Assembly (NCBI RefSeq): GCF_006345805.1
Contig: NW_021833734.1
Span: 1 to 64,000, forward strand
Reading direction: 5' to 3'
Length of the DNA stretch: 64,000 nucleotides
From: Octopus sinensis
Lineage: Eukaryota
Shown: positions 1-12,092 of the stretch, one piece after another
Layout: each line of letters starts with the position of its first letter
Numbering within the stretch: the first letter of the stretch is position 1
Notes under the pieces: generated by a model
What the model saw: only the letters and a program-made list of their open reading frames with translations
What the model was told of the DNA's origin: nothing
Database searches by the model: none
Translations under genes and position numbers: made by a program

Positions 1-999
1 TGAACAAATCAACCACAGGACTTATCTTTTTTTTTTTTAACCCATATATATCCCTGGTTGTCTTTTCGCAAAGCAAAACCTGCTCCAACTTTTTATATCA
101 TATTAAATTTGTTCTTGAGAGAGAGAATGTGTGTGTATGGAAGATAGATAGATAGGTAGTGCTGTCACCAGAGTAGCTAACAAATGTTGATTAGCACATA
201 TGTGGTCTGATCACATTGATACAGTCTTTTCTCCAATGTTATGTTATAAAAGTCAAGCTGATCTAAATCTGGGAAGAGCAAAAAGAATTGTTGTTGTTGT
301 TGAGAGAGAGAAAGAGAGTGAGAGAGAGAGAGAGTGTGTGTGTGTGTGTGTGTGGAAGATAGATAGATAGGTAGTGTTGTCACCAGAGTAGCTAACAAAT
401 GTTGATCAGCACATACCTGGTCTGATCAATAAGTATCCTGACTGTTGCCATAGTAATGAAGCTAAAGCACAAAGAGTGAAGCCACTTGACAAAGATTGAC
501 CTTGAACTCTGCCATGACAACGCTCTGTGACGGTCGATGTGACGATCACATGCTACACACCTTCTTTCCAGCACTGCTGTTGTTGTTGTTGTTGTTAAGC
601 AACAAGACTGGTAAGGGTGATTATGTGATGGTCTAGGGCTTAGGGGCAGGAGACCCCCACTGCCGTAAACAGCAGAAGTCAGCTAGAATGTTAAAACTTA
701 GTGCAGATGTACAGCAGAGTCCAAGGACAATCTTTGCCATACAGCTTCACTCTGTGTGCTTTCGCTTTGTTACTATGGCAACAGCCCGGATCCTTATTGA
801 TCCAGATCTCATATATGCAGACCAAACAGAAAATTTGGCAGCACAGCCAAAGAGAGACAAGATGATGGAAAAAGAACTGACAGGGAGTGTTGTGTATCAT
901 GAAGTTTTTGGTCAAGGTGTATAGTTATTCTGCAGAATTTGAAAGTGGGTAGCTATATCTTTTTAAGTAACCACTTGCAATGAACTCCTTCTTACATAT

Positions 1000-1380
1000 T
1001 TCACTCTGTTCAGTGTTCACTCTGTTCAATCCATTCAATGTTCACTGTTCAATGTTCACTCCATTCAACGTTCATTCTGTTCAGTGTTAATTCTGTTCAA
1101 TGTTCACTCTGTTCAATGTTCACTCTGTTCAATCCATTCAATGTTCACTCTGTTCAGTGTCACTCTGTTCAATGTTCACTACATTCAATGTTCATTCTGT
1201 TCAATGTTCACTCTGTTCAGTGTTAATTCTGTTCAATGTTCACTCTGTTCAATCCATTCAATGTTCACTCTGTTCAGTGTCACTCTGTTCAACGTTCAGT
1301 CCATTCAATGTTCACTCTGTTCAATCCATTCAATGTTCACTCTGTTCAATCCATTCAATGTTCACTCTGTCCAACGTTCA
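1000..1380. repeat. Minisatellite of ttcaatgttcactctg-type units
   Basis: Visible tandem ~16-nt units and variants. Confidence 0.9.
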
Positions 1381-2575
1381 CAAGGTGTTGTTGTACACTT
1401 AAGATTGGCAAAGTGTGAGTTTGTTTGTGTCTGTTCAAATTACTTTTATCAACAAAAGATTTACCGCACACTTCACAATGGTAAGGTTTCTCTCCAGCAT
1501 GGCTACGATTGTGGATAACAAGACAAGAATTTTGAGTAAAAGACTTCCCACATATGTCACAGTGGAACGGTTTTTCTCCAGAGTGGATCCGCCTGTGCCG
1601 GTTTAAGTCACTGTTTGAAGCAAAAGACTTCTCACATATTTCACAATGGAACGGTCTTTCCCCAGAGTGGATCCGTTTGTGTTTCGTTAACACACTGTTC
1701 GACACAAAATATTTGTCACATATAACACAATAAAACAGTTTCTCACCAGAATGGCTACGTTTATGGATTGTAAGTTTTGAATTGGTAAAGAACGATTTAC
1801 CACAAACATCACAGTCAAACAACTTCTCACCAGAATGTATTTTCCCATGAACCACAAGGTTAGCATTATCAGAGAACGATTTCCCACAGATATCACAATG
1901 GAAGGGCCTTTCTCCAGAATGGACTCTTTCATGCTTGGCTAAATTACTTTTAGACACAAACGATTTCTCGCACACTTCACAAGGAAACAATTTCCCCCCA
2001 GTATGGCTTTGGACATGATTCACCAAGTGAGATTTCTGAGTGAATGCCTTATCGCATATTTGACAAGCGTAAGGTTTTTGCCCCGTGTGGATTCGTTTAT
2101 GCTTCGTCAAATTACTGTTCGACACAAACGATTTCAGACACATCTCACAGTGAAACAGTTTCTCTCCAATGTGACTACGGATGTGGATAGCAAGATGAGA
2201 ATTTTGAGTGAAGGTTTTTTCGCATATTTGACAACGAAACGGTTTTTCCCCCGTGTGGATCCGTTGATGACTTATCAAGTAACTGTTATAAGCAAAATAT
2301 TTCCCACATATTTCACAGCGATAGGGTTTCCCTTTATCATGCATTTGCTTGTGTATGAAGACTTCACTCTCTGAAACAAACGTTTTATTACAAACATCAC
2401 ATCTATATTCAATTTCAGTAATATTTCCCTGTAACGATCTTTCTGTAGTAAATATTTCACTAGATACAGGTTTGTCATCTCTGTCTGTCTCTCCGACAAT
2501 ATCTGGATCTTGAATTGTATCTATATTGTTAAAAACAGAATTATTAGGAGTCTCTTCAAGTTTAAGGTTATCCAT
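1355..2575 (-). CDS. C2H2 zinc-finger protein ZNF-A, 406 aa, 12 tandem fingers after a ~55-aa acidic N-terminus
   Basis: Intact ORF with 12 CxxC-x12-HxxxH units and (T/S)GEK(P/L)(F/Y) linkers. Candidate acceptor (tttgtcag) at 2603 just upstream of the ATG. Confidence 0.92.
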   Translation of the reverse strand: MDNLKLEETPNNSVFNNIDTIQDPDIVGETDRDDKPVSSEIFTTERSLQGNITEIEYRCDVCNKTFVSESEVFIHKQMHDKGKPYRCEICGKYFAYNSYLISHQRIHTGEKPFRCQICEKTFTQNSHLAIHIRSHIGEKLFHCEMCLKSFVSNSNLTKHKRIHTGQKPYACQICDKAFTQKSHLVNHVQSHTGGKLFPCEVCEKSFVSKSNLAKHERVHSGERPFHCDICGKSFSDNANLVVHGKIHSGEKLFDCDVCGKSFFTNSKLTIHKRSHSGEKLFYCVICDKYFVSNSVLTKHKRIHSGERPFHCEICEKSFASNSDLNRHRRIHSGEKPFHCDICGKSFTQNSCLVIHNRSHAGEKPYHCEVCGKSFVDKSNLNRHKQTHTLPILSVQQHLVNVGQSEH

Positions 2576-3289
2576 ATTAATTCTTGAGCAATTCTTAAAA
2601 AGCTGACAAATATTTATTTCTGAGGATCAGCAATTTTAGCGGAAAAACGGTTAGAGAATTACAACGGATACGGTATTTGACCCGTCATTTACTTTATCGA
2701 ATTAGGGGATACGAAAGGCAAATTTGACCTTTCAAGGTTTCGAACTTGGAACGTAAAGAGCTAAATAGAACAAACACCACAATTTATTTTGTGTGGTTTT
2801 CGACTATTTCTACCAATTCATCGCCTTTCATCACAAAGAGAAACCAGTACTTCAGTGGTACGGCGATTATTATCTACTAAAGTCTGAAAGGCAAAGTTGA
2901 TCTCAACGGAATTCCGGTCCAGTTTCTTGTCTTTAGATATAACAGCCGTCTGTTTAGATGCGGAACGGATGCAATGCCGGTATATTTCCTACTCACGGCT
3001 TGAATGTTTGTTTATCAACGAGTCGTCTCGTGGTGGCGAATATATATTTGTTGTAGACAAAATACAGGGAGAAGACAAGAGAATGTTATGTGGACCACAA
3101 AACAAAGAAGATAGAGATTTTTTATAAAAGTCTTACTGCAGACGTTCTGCCGAAATCGACGATGTTTTTTGCCTGCTGGATATTGTAGTAGAAGGCTTCA
3201 GAACGATCTCAGTTAATACAACTGGGAAGAAGTAGGATGCGAGATGACAGTTTAAGATTGAAGTCGGAAAATAACACATGCGTGAATAT

Positions 3290-3312
3290 ATACATACATA
3301 CATATACATATG

Positions 3313-3343
<31 letters not shown>

Positions 3344-3434
3344 ATATATGTATATATATATATGTATGTATATATATGTATATATATATATGTATGTAAT
3401 ATACGTATATATATATATATGCATATATGTAATG

Positions 3435-3468
<34 letters not shown>

Positions 3469-3509
3469 GTATGTATATGTATATATATATATGTATATGT
3501 ATGTATATA

Positions 3510-3540
<31 letters not shown>

Positions 3541-3692
3541 GATATATATATATATATATATATATATCTATATATGTATATGTATTTATATATATATATA
3601 GCTATATATATATTATATATATAATATAATAGGTATATGTATGTATATATGTATGTATATATGTATATATATATATATGTATGTATGTATAT
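3290..3692. repeat. (AT)n-rich microsatellite
   Basis: Direct inspection. Similar tracts at 5865-6015, 57620-57720, 57870-57960, 58720-58930. Confidence 0.95.
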
Positions 3693-3855
3693 ATGTTAGC
3701 AGCGACAGTAGACTTTACAATATACAATGTGAGCGTTAATATATCATAAGACCTTACATCGTACGTGTGACCCTTGCAAGTGCGCAACTGGGAGGACCAA
3801 CAGGGGTCAATAAATAAACAAATTGAAGAAATCGGCACGTGAAATCGCGATGGGA

Positions 3856-4030
3856 ACTTACTTCGCTTTAGGATCTGTGAAATTAGGATGAATTGAATTA
3901 AATATATATATGTATGTATGTATATAGAAGGCAAAGAGATGAGGCGAAGTGATTGATTTGGCCGAAGTCGGGCATCGGAGACAAAGCTTGCATTTCCGGC
4001 GAAGGGGAGATAAGCGGTGTTGACGTCATG
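3856..4030 (-). promoter_or_regulatory. Putative promoter/first exon of ZNF-A
   Basis: TGACGTCA at 4021-28, local CpG enrichment, minus-strand donor GTAAGT at 3856-61. Confidence 0.4.
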
Positions 4031-4120
4031 TGAAGTCATTGCTTAATGTGAAAGAGAAAGTAGCAGTTCTCGAGCAGGGATCTTTCTTTCTCTTCATCTC
4101 TTATTTATAAAGCCGAAATG

Positions 4121-4162
<42 letters not shown>

Positions 4163-4259
4163 ATTAAGCTTCGTGCAATGGCCATACTCGATAACGAGGG
4201 GGCAGCCACCATGTATGTATGTATAGATAGATAGATGTGTGTGTGTGGTGTGTATATAT

Positions 4260-4780
4260 ATATGTATATATATATATATTATATATTATATATACACACA
4301 CCACATACTTGCATCTATCTATCTATACATACATATATATACACCACGCATCAATCTATACATATATATATATACACACACCACATCTATCTATACATAC
4401 ATATATATACACACCACACACACACATCTATCTGTACATATATATATATATACACACCACACATCTATCTATACATACATATATATACACACCACACACA
4501 CATCTATCTATACATACATATATGTATATATACACACCGCATCTATCTATACATACATATATATATACACACCACATACGCACATTTATCTATCTATACA
4601 TACGTATATATACACACCACACACACACATCTATCTATCTATACATACATATATATATATAGACACCACACACACACATCTATCTATACATATATATATA
4701 CACACCACACAACTATCTATACATACATATATATATACACACCACGCACACACATCTATCTATCTATCTATACATACATA
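4260..4780. repeat. Compound minisatellite (catctatctatacatacatatatatacacaccacaca-type units, ~40 bp)
   Basis: Direct inspection. Confidence 0.9.
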
Positions 4781-5242
4781 CATACATGGTGGCTGCCCCC
4801 TCGTTATCGAGTATGGCCATTGCACGAAGCTTAATCAATGTTGTTATCGTGCAATGCCTGTGCAAGAAGATTTTTTTAAAGTGAGGAAAGGCTGTGCACT
4901 GAGTCAATCCCACTCACTAAGCAACAGCAGCCATAATCCGAAAAGAAGAACAAGTCAACATCATCGGTAACCACTGAGCCGCAGGTTTTATGTCCGAGTT
5001 ATCCCAGTTACCTTCTCCTAGAAGGATGCCCTAACAAAGGCTAGGAGTCCTTCACTCCCGATGATTTAACCGCACAATCGGGTATTCAGTCCGATTATTT
5101 CTATGTCCTCACGCATGATACAGCCTTAAGACACTTATTGGATGGCCGTTGACTCCCAGAGTTCCTCCACCCTTTGACATACATACATGATGGCTGCCCC
5201 CATATATATATTATGTATATTTATATATATATATATATATAT

Positions 5243-5520
5243 ATAAATTAATGTTACCATTATACAATAGTCAAGATAAATCTCTGAGTTTCGGATGCCG
5301 AAGTGGAAATCCACAACACCATCTCTTCAGTTATCTGGCCATATATAAATATATATAACCGAAGAGATGGTGTTGTGGATTTCCACTTCGGCATCTGAAA
5401 CTCAGAGTTTTATCTTGACTATTGTATAATGGTAACATATTAATTTACAGATAAATTTCCCCTATTTACATAATATTGAGGTCTCTTTCTTCCTTTTGTT
5501 ATCTTACCGTTTTTACCAAT
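5243..5520. mobile_element. Penelope-like terminal repeat in inverted arrangement with hammerhead-like motifs
   Basis: ~95-bp inverted arms (5243-5334 / 5355-5447), each carrying C(T/C)GAAGA...GAAAC. Confidence 0.55.
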
Positions 5521-5544
5521 ATATATATATTTTTTTTTAAAAAA

Positions 5545-5865
5545 AGACCCCCTTCGGTCATGAATGACCATGGGATTGCACCTAGAAAGTTACCCTCCTA
5601 GACACAAGTCTGGGCAAGGAAGACCAGCAGTCGCCCATGCATACCAGCCTCCCCTCTCCACGCCACCAGTGTTATCCAAGGAAAGACAAAGGTCGATACA
5701 GCTTGGCACCAGTGATGTCGCAACTCATTTCTACAGCTGAGTGAACTGGAGCAACGTGAAATAAGTGCTTTGCTCAAGAACACAACACGCAGCCCGGTCC
5801 GGGATTCGAGCTCACAACCTCATGATCGTAAGCTCGACGCTCTAACCACTGACCCATGCGCCTTC
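5545..5865 (-). mobile_element. tRNA-derived SINE family C
   Basis: Minus-strand head gcgcatgggtcagtggttagagcg..gagctcgaatccc with A/B-box-like motifs, then ttcttgagcaaagcactt. Confidence 0.75.
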
Positions 5866-5867
5866 AT

Positions 5868-5901
<34 letters not shown>

Positions 5902-6433
5902 ATATATATATATATATAATATATATATATAATATATATATTATATATATATAATATATATATATCTATATATATATATATTATATATATATATATGAAT
6001 ATATATATATATATACTAAGCAATTAAGGGTTTAGCAACGAATTGCCTTACATATATTGGAAGGTTTGGAGATGATGTTCAGGTATTTTATATTAGAAGA
6101 AATGAGGTACTCAGAAAATCGGATGGTTTATATTTACAGATATTTATTAGTATATTACATGTTTTTATACATCATATAACTTGGATCATATATTAAGGAG
6201 TAACCCATGATTTGTCAGGGAAAATGGTTTGAAAATGTTGGTTGTCGTTGTAAGATGTAATGCATTTTGATAATAATACACTCACACTTTTGTATCACCA
6301 TACAGAGCTCCATGAGATATTTAGAAATTTAATATTTCTGATTTTGGCAATCAGTGAATGAGCTTCACTGAAAATTGGATATATATATTTACGAAGTCGG
6401 GAGAGATATCTGCGGCTGGCGGGCTTCTGCTAC

Positions 6434-6480
6434 TCTAGACCGATGATGGGCAAAGACCCTGAAACATGCATGTCTCTAGA
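6434..6480 (+). ncRNA. Minimal type I hammerhead-like motif, core variant U4C
   Basis: tctaga-CCGATGA-tggg(caaaga)ccct-GAAA-catgcat-GTC-tctaga. Confidence 0.5.
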
Positions 6481-6693
6481 TGCAGGCCTGGCTGCTGGGG
6501 TGTTTGTCTCCCCTTCGTAAATATATAAGGACACAGGAAAAAAAATGTGTCAAAGCCATCAGGAAGCGTCGATGCTTCCTAGGGCTAAACAGCGGTGGTG
6601 TAATCCCCTACTGTTACGTTAGATTGACAGTATACAACCATTCAGTTAAGTGTTTTGAGAGAATGATTTACCAGACATGTGGCCATGATATGG

Positions 6694-7641
6694 TTATTCT
6701 CCCATATGAATATATTTGTGTGTTGTTAAGTGTTTTGCTACAGAAAAAACTTTACCACAGACATCACATTGAAATGCATTCTGTCCTGTGTGAACTAGTT
6801 TGTGTCTAGTTAAGTTACTGTTTTCAGAGAATGATTTACCACAGATTTGACAATGATATGGCTTTTCTCCTGAATGAATACGTTTGTGATTAATGAAAAC
6901 ACTTCTGTAGGAGAATGCTTTGCCACAGATATCGCAGTGAAATGGCTTCTCCCCTGTATGAATACGTTTGTGAAGAATTAGAACGCTACTTCGAGAGAAT
7001 TGTTTACCACAGATATCACAGCTGTATGGCTTCTCCCCAGTATGAATGCGTCTGTGAGTTGTTAAATGACCCCCTTCAGAGAATGATTTACCACAGACAT
7101 CACAGTGAAATGGCCTCTCGCCTGTATGAATACGTATGTGTGTAGTTAGGTGACTACTATGAGCGAATGATTTACCACAGATATCACAGTGAAATGGCTT
7201 CTCCGCTGTATGGATACGCTTGTGAGATGTCAAAGTATCATTTCGAGAGAATGATTGGCCACAGATGTCACAATGAAATGGCTTCTCTCCTGTATGAACA
7301 CGTTTGTGATCAGTTAAATGGCTACTTACAGAGAAGGATCTACCACAGATATCACAGTGATAAGGTTTCTCTCCTGTATGAATGCGTTTGTGCCGAGTTA
7401 AGCTGCTATTTAGAGAGAACGATTTACCACAGATATCACAGTAATATGCTTTCTCTCCTGTATGAATGCCTTTATGTGTTGTTAAGTTACTAATTTGAGA
7501 GAATGATTTACCACAGATATTGCAGTGAAATGGTTTCTCTCCTGTATGAACACGTTTGTGAGCTGTTAGGTTATGTTTGTGAGAGAAAGACTTTTTACAG
7601 ATATCACATTGAAAACCTGATTGTGGTTTCTCTTGTGACAT
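6694..7641 (-). CDS. C2H2 zinc-finger protein ZNF-B, 315 aa, 11 fingers
   Basis: Intact [15 protein letters not shown]... with TGEKP linkers. Polypyrimidine acceptor (ttttctcttgtttcag) at 8071. Confidence 0.92.
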   Translation of the reverse strand: MSQEKPQSGFQCDICKKSFSHKHNLTAHKRVHTGEKPFHCNICGKSFSQISNLTTHKGIHTGEKAYYCDICGKSFSLNSSLTRHKRIHTGEKPYHCDICGRSFSVSSHLTDHKRVHTGEKPFHCDICGQSFSRNDTLTSHKRIHTAEKPFHCDICGKSFAHSSHLTTHIRIHTGERPFHCDVCGKSFSEGGHLTTHRRIHTGEKPYSCDICGKQFSRSSVLILHKRIHTGEKPFHCDICGKAFSYRSVFINHKRIHSGEKPYHCQICGKSFSENSNLTRHKLVHTGQNAFQCDVCGKVFSVAKHLTTHKYIHMGE

Positions 7642-10115
7642 CTCTTCAGAATAAAAATGTCCTCTTCAACTAATCCTATATAATCCGTTTGTCCCTTATC
7701 TTACTTCAATCACCACAACACATGTGGACACAGTTTTTGTTCTTGTCTTACAGATTATTCCTAATAAATATTGCCACAGTTTTCTTTCCATCAACTGTAA
7801 TCCTTCTTGGTGTCTGAAAATACTCTGAGATTCCTTTCAATAATTATCCAAGTTTAATTTCAGTACAAAATAATCTTGTAGACATTCCAAGCATTTCACA
7901 AGAGAAATGTTTCTATCAATCTCAGTTGAGAAGAAATATTTCACTGGAATTCTCTGGAGTTCTTAAATCTGTTCTGTACAACATTTTCTTTCAGTCTTTA
8001 AAAAGTGATGAATATTGACGATGTTCTCTGATGGAAACAATGCTTTGGTGCCAATGTCATGTGATAGTCTCTGAAACAAGAGAAAAAAAACAAACAACAG
8101 TGTTAGATAGAGAGTTTTGGAAAAGACAGATAAAATGTTGAATCACTTACTAACCTCACCGCTTGCGTAGGTTTTGAAATACCAACATGATTTTCAAGAC
8201 AGAAGTTACTCATTTTGCGCCCTCCCTACACGCATCTCCTGCAAGCCTGAAATCGCTTCTCATAGACATTTCTTCACTCCAGACAAACGATGAAGACAAA
8301 GATTGAACCTCACAACATCCACCCCACCCCCGCGTCCTGGTCCTTCTCCACGGCGAAACAGATACGCACACACATGTAGACAAGTAGCACCTCATTAGCA
8401 TCGATTTGACTTTAGGGTCGTAACAGCGCAGATACGCGGTACACGAAACAATGGCGATCCTTCGGTATACGTACCATAAGTGGCTTTGTTTACATTTCTC
8501 AAGATAACAGAAACCCTTTTCTCCCACCCCTAACCCTAACTCCCCATATATATATTTATTTCTTCATTGCCCACAAGGGGATTAAGTCGATTATATCGAC
8601 TCCAGTGATTTACTGGTACTTTATTTAATCGACCCCGAAAGGATGAAAGGCAAAGTCGACCTCGGCGGAATTTGAACTCAGTTTTTTTATATATATATAA
8701 CAAACACTTTCTTGAAATATATCCGGTACTTCCGGTACCTATACCGAAGTTACGCCAATTTGTTTTTATACAAAGTAAATAATTTTTTAAAAACAAATAA
8801 ATAAAACAGCAAAACACAAAGTAAGGATCGACTAGTCACGACTAACTGGCGCGGATGCACGAGTGCGCGCACCGGGACCACTCTTCTTAAGTAGTACCAG
8901 CATTAGTAACACTTTATTAACAGATCGATTTCAGTTTAGGACCGTAAAAGCGATGATACCCTGGTACATAAAATAACTTATCCCGCTTTTATATCGTTTC
9001 ACCATGAATTATGTGATTTCCCTTGAATAGAATTACTGGATCGTAGAAAGGGTTCCACGTAATAACAATTCTATTATTTACAAACGTAATTACAGATTTA
9101 ATATTATTCAAGTAAATCTTCGCCGACTTACCGTTCCTCACACGGAATCAGTCAGTGCCCGATTAAGCAATTATAACGAACTCGTTAATTGATGTCCGTT
9201 GTACTCCGTACGAAGTTGTTCCCCCTTTATATCTCGTGTATTTCTTTAATTCTCCGATAGAGGGAGAAGCGGGGTTGCTAATTAAAAAAGTGTCTAAAAA
9301 ATTGTCCCGAAACGAAAATCAGAGAAATATCTTCGGTTTGAACGGCGGTTTTTTAAAAATAATTTCCACGTAACTAAACACTTTTAAGCTTCATATACAA
9401 TTGAGAATTGATGGTGGAATCTAGACTAATGCTGGGATATAGGGTGAGGCATGCGTAGCTGTATTTCGTCTGTCGTTATGTTCTGAGTTCAAATTCCGCC
9501 GAGGTCGACTTTGCCTTTCATCCTTTCGGGGTCGATAAATTAAGTACCAGTTATGCCCTGGGGTCGATATAATAGACTTAATCCGTGTGCTTGTTTGTCC
9601 CCTCTGTGTTTAGCCCCTTGTGGGTAATAAAGAAATAGGTATTTCGTCTGCCGTTACGTTCTGAGTTCAAATTCCGCCGAGGTCGACTTTGCCTTTCATC
9701 CTTTCGGGGTCGATAAATTAAGTACCAGTTACGCACTGGGGTCGATGTAATCGACTTAATCCGTTTGTTTGTCCCCTCCATGTTTAGCCCCTTGTGGGTA
9801 GTAAAGAAACAGATATAGGGTGAGGAATGGATTTTGTATATCTTCTCCAGGTCATTTGGTAATCCAGGGACTTTGGAATGGTTGGCCAGACACTGGTTGA
9901 TTAGAAAGATTTCCGTTTATTTTGTATCTGATGCACCAGGCGGTGTAGTTAATTAAATAAGCTGATTAGGAAGACAAACAGAGGCGGTTGCAAAAATAGG
10001 AGCTCTGTAAGAATCGTGCATAGAAGAAAATTACCAGAGACATCAAGTGTTGTACTAAAAATAAAAGTTAAATAAGATTTTTTGCATAAATCTTTTAAAT
10101 TAACGTAAACATATA

Positions 10116-10508
10116 TGCGCAGGAGTGGCTGTGTGGTAAGTAGCTTGTTTACCAACCACATGGTTCCGGGTTCAGTCCCATTGCATGGCACCTTGGGCAA
10201 GTGTCTTCTGCTATAGCCCCGGGCCAACCAATGTCTTGTGAGTGGATTTGGTAGACGGAAACTGAAAGCCCGTCGTATATATATATATGTGTGTGTGCGT
10301 GTGTGTTTGTGTGTCTGTGTTTGTCTCCCTAGCATTGCTTGACAACCGATGCTGGTGTGTTTATGTCCCCGTTGTTACTTAGCGGTTTGGCAACAGAGAC
10401 CGATAGAATAAGTACTGGGCTTACAAAAGAATAAGTCCCGGGGTCGATTTGCTCGACTAAATGGCCGCAGTCAAATGACTGAAACAAGTAAAGGAGAGTA
10501 AAAGAGAA
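10116..10508 (+). mobile_element. tRNA-derived SINE family A
   Basis: Head gcaggagtggctgtgtggtaag..ggttcagtccc, internal (TA/TG)n, tail (aaagagt)n. Other copies at ~17509-17877(-), 26630-27015, 29462-29680, 37904-38295, 39265-39407, 41352-41790, 55905-56240, 56815-57030(-). Confidence 0.85.
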
Positions 10509-12092
10509 TATATTTCTATGAAGACAAAATGACGGCTTTCAAATCCTGTTTCCTGATTTGGTCACATGCAAGCTGACTGTCCAAGTAAATAAGCAAATTC
10601 CTTTCACTTATATAAAAAGATTAAAAAAGTATGGAAGACCCTACATACAAAAAACAGTGTCCGTTCATGCGAGAGTTCTGGACAAAATGCTATGATTTAT
10701 GACCGTCCTTGGGATGTAACTAATGTGTAAGTAAAGTTTGGGGAAAATCGGTTGAGAATTGTGGAAATGCATGCATTAATCATTATACACACACACACTG
10801 TGATTTATACACACTAGATTACAATGTGAACATTTAAGTTTCTGTAAGACATTTTTATTGATGGTTATATAAGATACATGTGTTCAGAAGCAATTTCGAC
10901 ATAGTATTTGTATCCAGTTTAGAACAGAAGTGGAAACAGATAGAATCCCATCTCCCCATCTGTTGCCAAGGGCTACAAACAGAGAAACAGGTAAAAGAAG
11001 AAAAGAATATATTCAGCTGAATTTTATTTGTTCATCAATATTTTCTTTTTGTTTGATCAATATATGGTCACTTCACCTGCTAGAAACAACAGCTAAATTC
11101 TATGCAATTTAAACCTTCTGGTCCTGAAAACTAGAGATTACTTGCTGATTTAATGCTGGATAAAGAACGTCAGAAAAAAAAACTGGAGAGTCATGGATGG
11201 AATGTAACTGCATCTGCTGAAGAAGTCTGAGGATTAATATGCAAGAGAAAGAGAAAGACTGTTGCAGTGAGGGAGGTGGGTTTGTGAGTGTAAGAGGAGA
11301 GGGGGAGGTAGAGAGGGGGATGCAGTGAGTGGTGAAGCTTTGTATATTGAGGAGCAGAAAGAGAGAAATGATACAGTTGGAAGTGGGAGACTAGAAGACA
11401 GAGAGAGGAGAGAGTGGTGTTGGGGAGGAGGTGGAGGAAAGGGATTGTAGTGGATGATGAGGTGTAGTGGGGGGGGGGAGAAGACATAATACACACCCTA
11501 ATAAGGGACAGTCCAGGGGAAAGGAGGGGACTCCACTGAGATGAATGTCTGTCTTGGCATTGGTCCCATGTATTAACACCATCACAGAATTTACAAGGTC
11601 TTCTAAACACTATCAGTGGTATATATATACATATATATATATATATCCTACAGAGAAAAATAATCTCTAAATATTTAAAGAGCAACAGTATTGAATCACC
11701 AATTTAGATTTAGATAAGAATCAGGATCTACAGAAATAATAATAATAATAATAATAATAATGAAATTATTATATACAGTGCTCAAGTGCACCACAACTTG
11801 TCAGAGTATATGCAGTAATGTACAAATGTCTGGAAAGTGAACAATAAATGAGTCAGATACATGCTTGCGTGTGTATGGAGGGGAGAAAATCAGGCGAATC
11901 TCAGGAAGCATGGAAGTTTTGAAGGATGCAGAAGTCTTTGGATTTCAATTTCCAGTCATCTTCTGATCCAAAATTTCTCCAATCTCCACAAATTTGGTCC
12001 AGATGTCATTGCAGAGCTTCTTACATCAATCGAGGTCATTCATAATACAATTCATAGCATCTGCACTCTTCTTTATTCACCCAGGTCTTTTA

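Noticed and set aside
3209-4970. Many 70-240 aa ORFs rich in Y/I/H/T/C/V (also at 25874-26545, 57494-59412, 60554-60880)
   Set aside because: Translations of micro- and minisatellites, which are stop-poor by composition.
6915-7493. Antisense ORFs of type [20 protein letters not shown] (also 28493, 34852, 35245, 42098, 50364)
   Set aside because: Shadow frames of the periodic zinc-finger codons.
8210-8527. 105-aa minus-strand ORF upstream of ZNF-B, and ORFs at 14654-15177 and 48896-49484
   Set aside because: No recognisable motifs; they overlap promoter/intron modules and are not frame-conserved between paralogues.
10116-10200. tRNA-like A/B boxes
   Set aside because: SINE heads followed by SINE bodies; no complete cloverleaf, so not called as tRNA genes.
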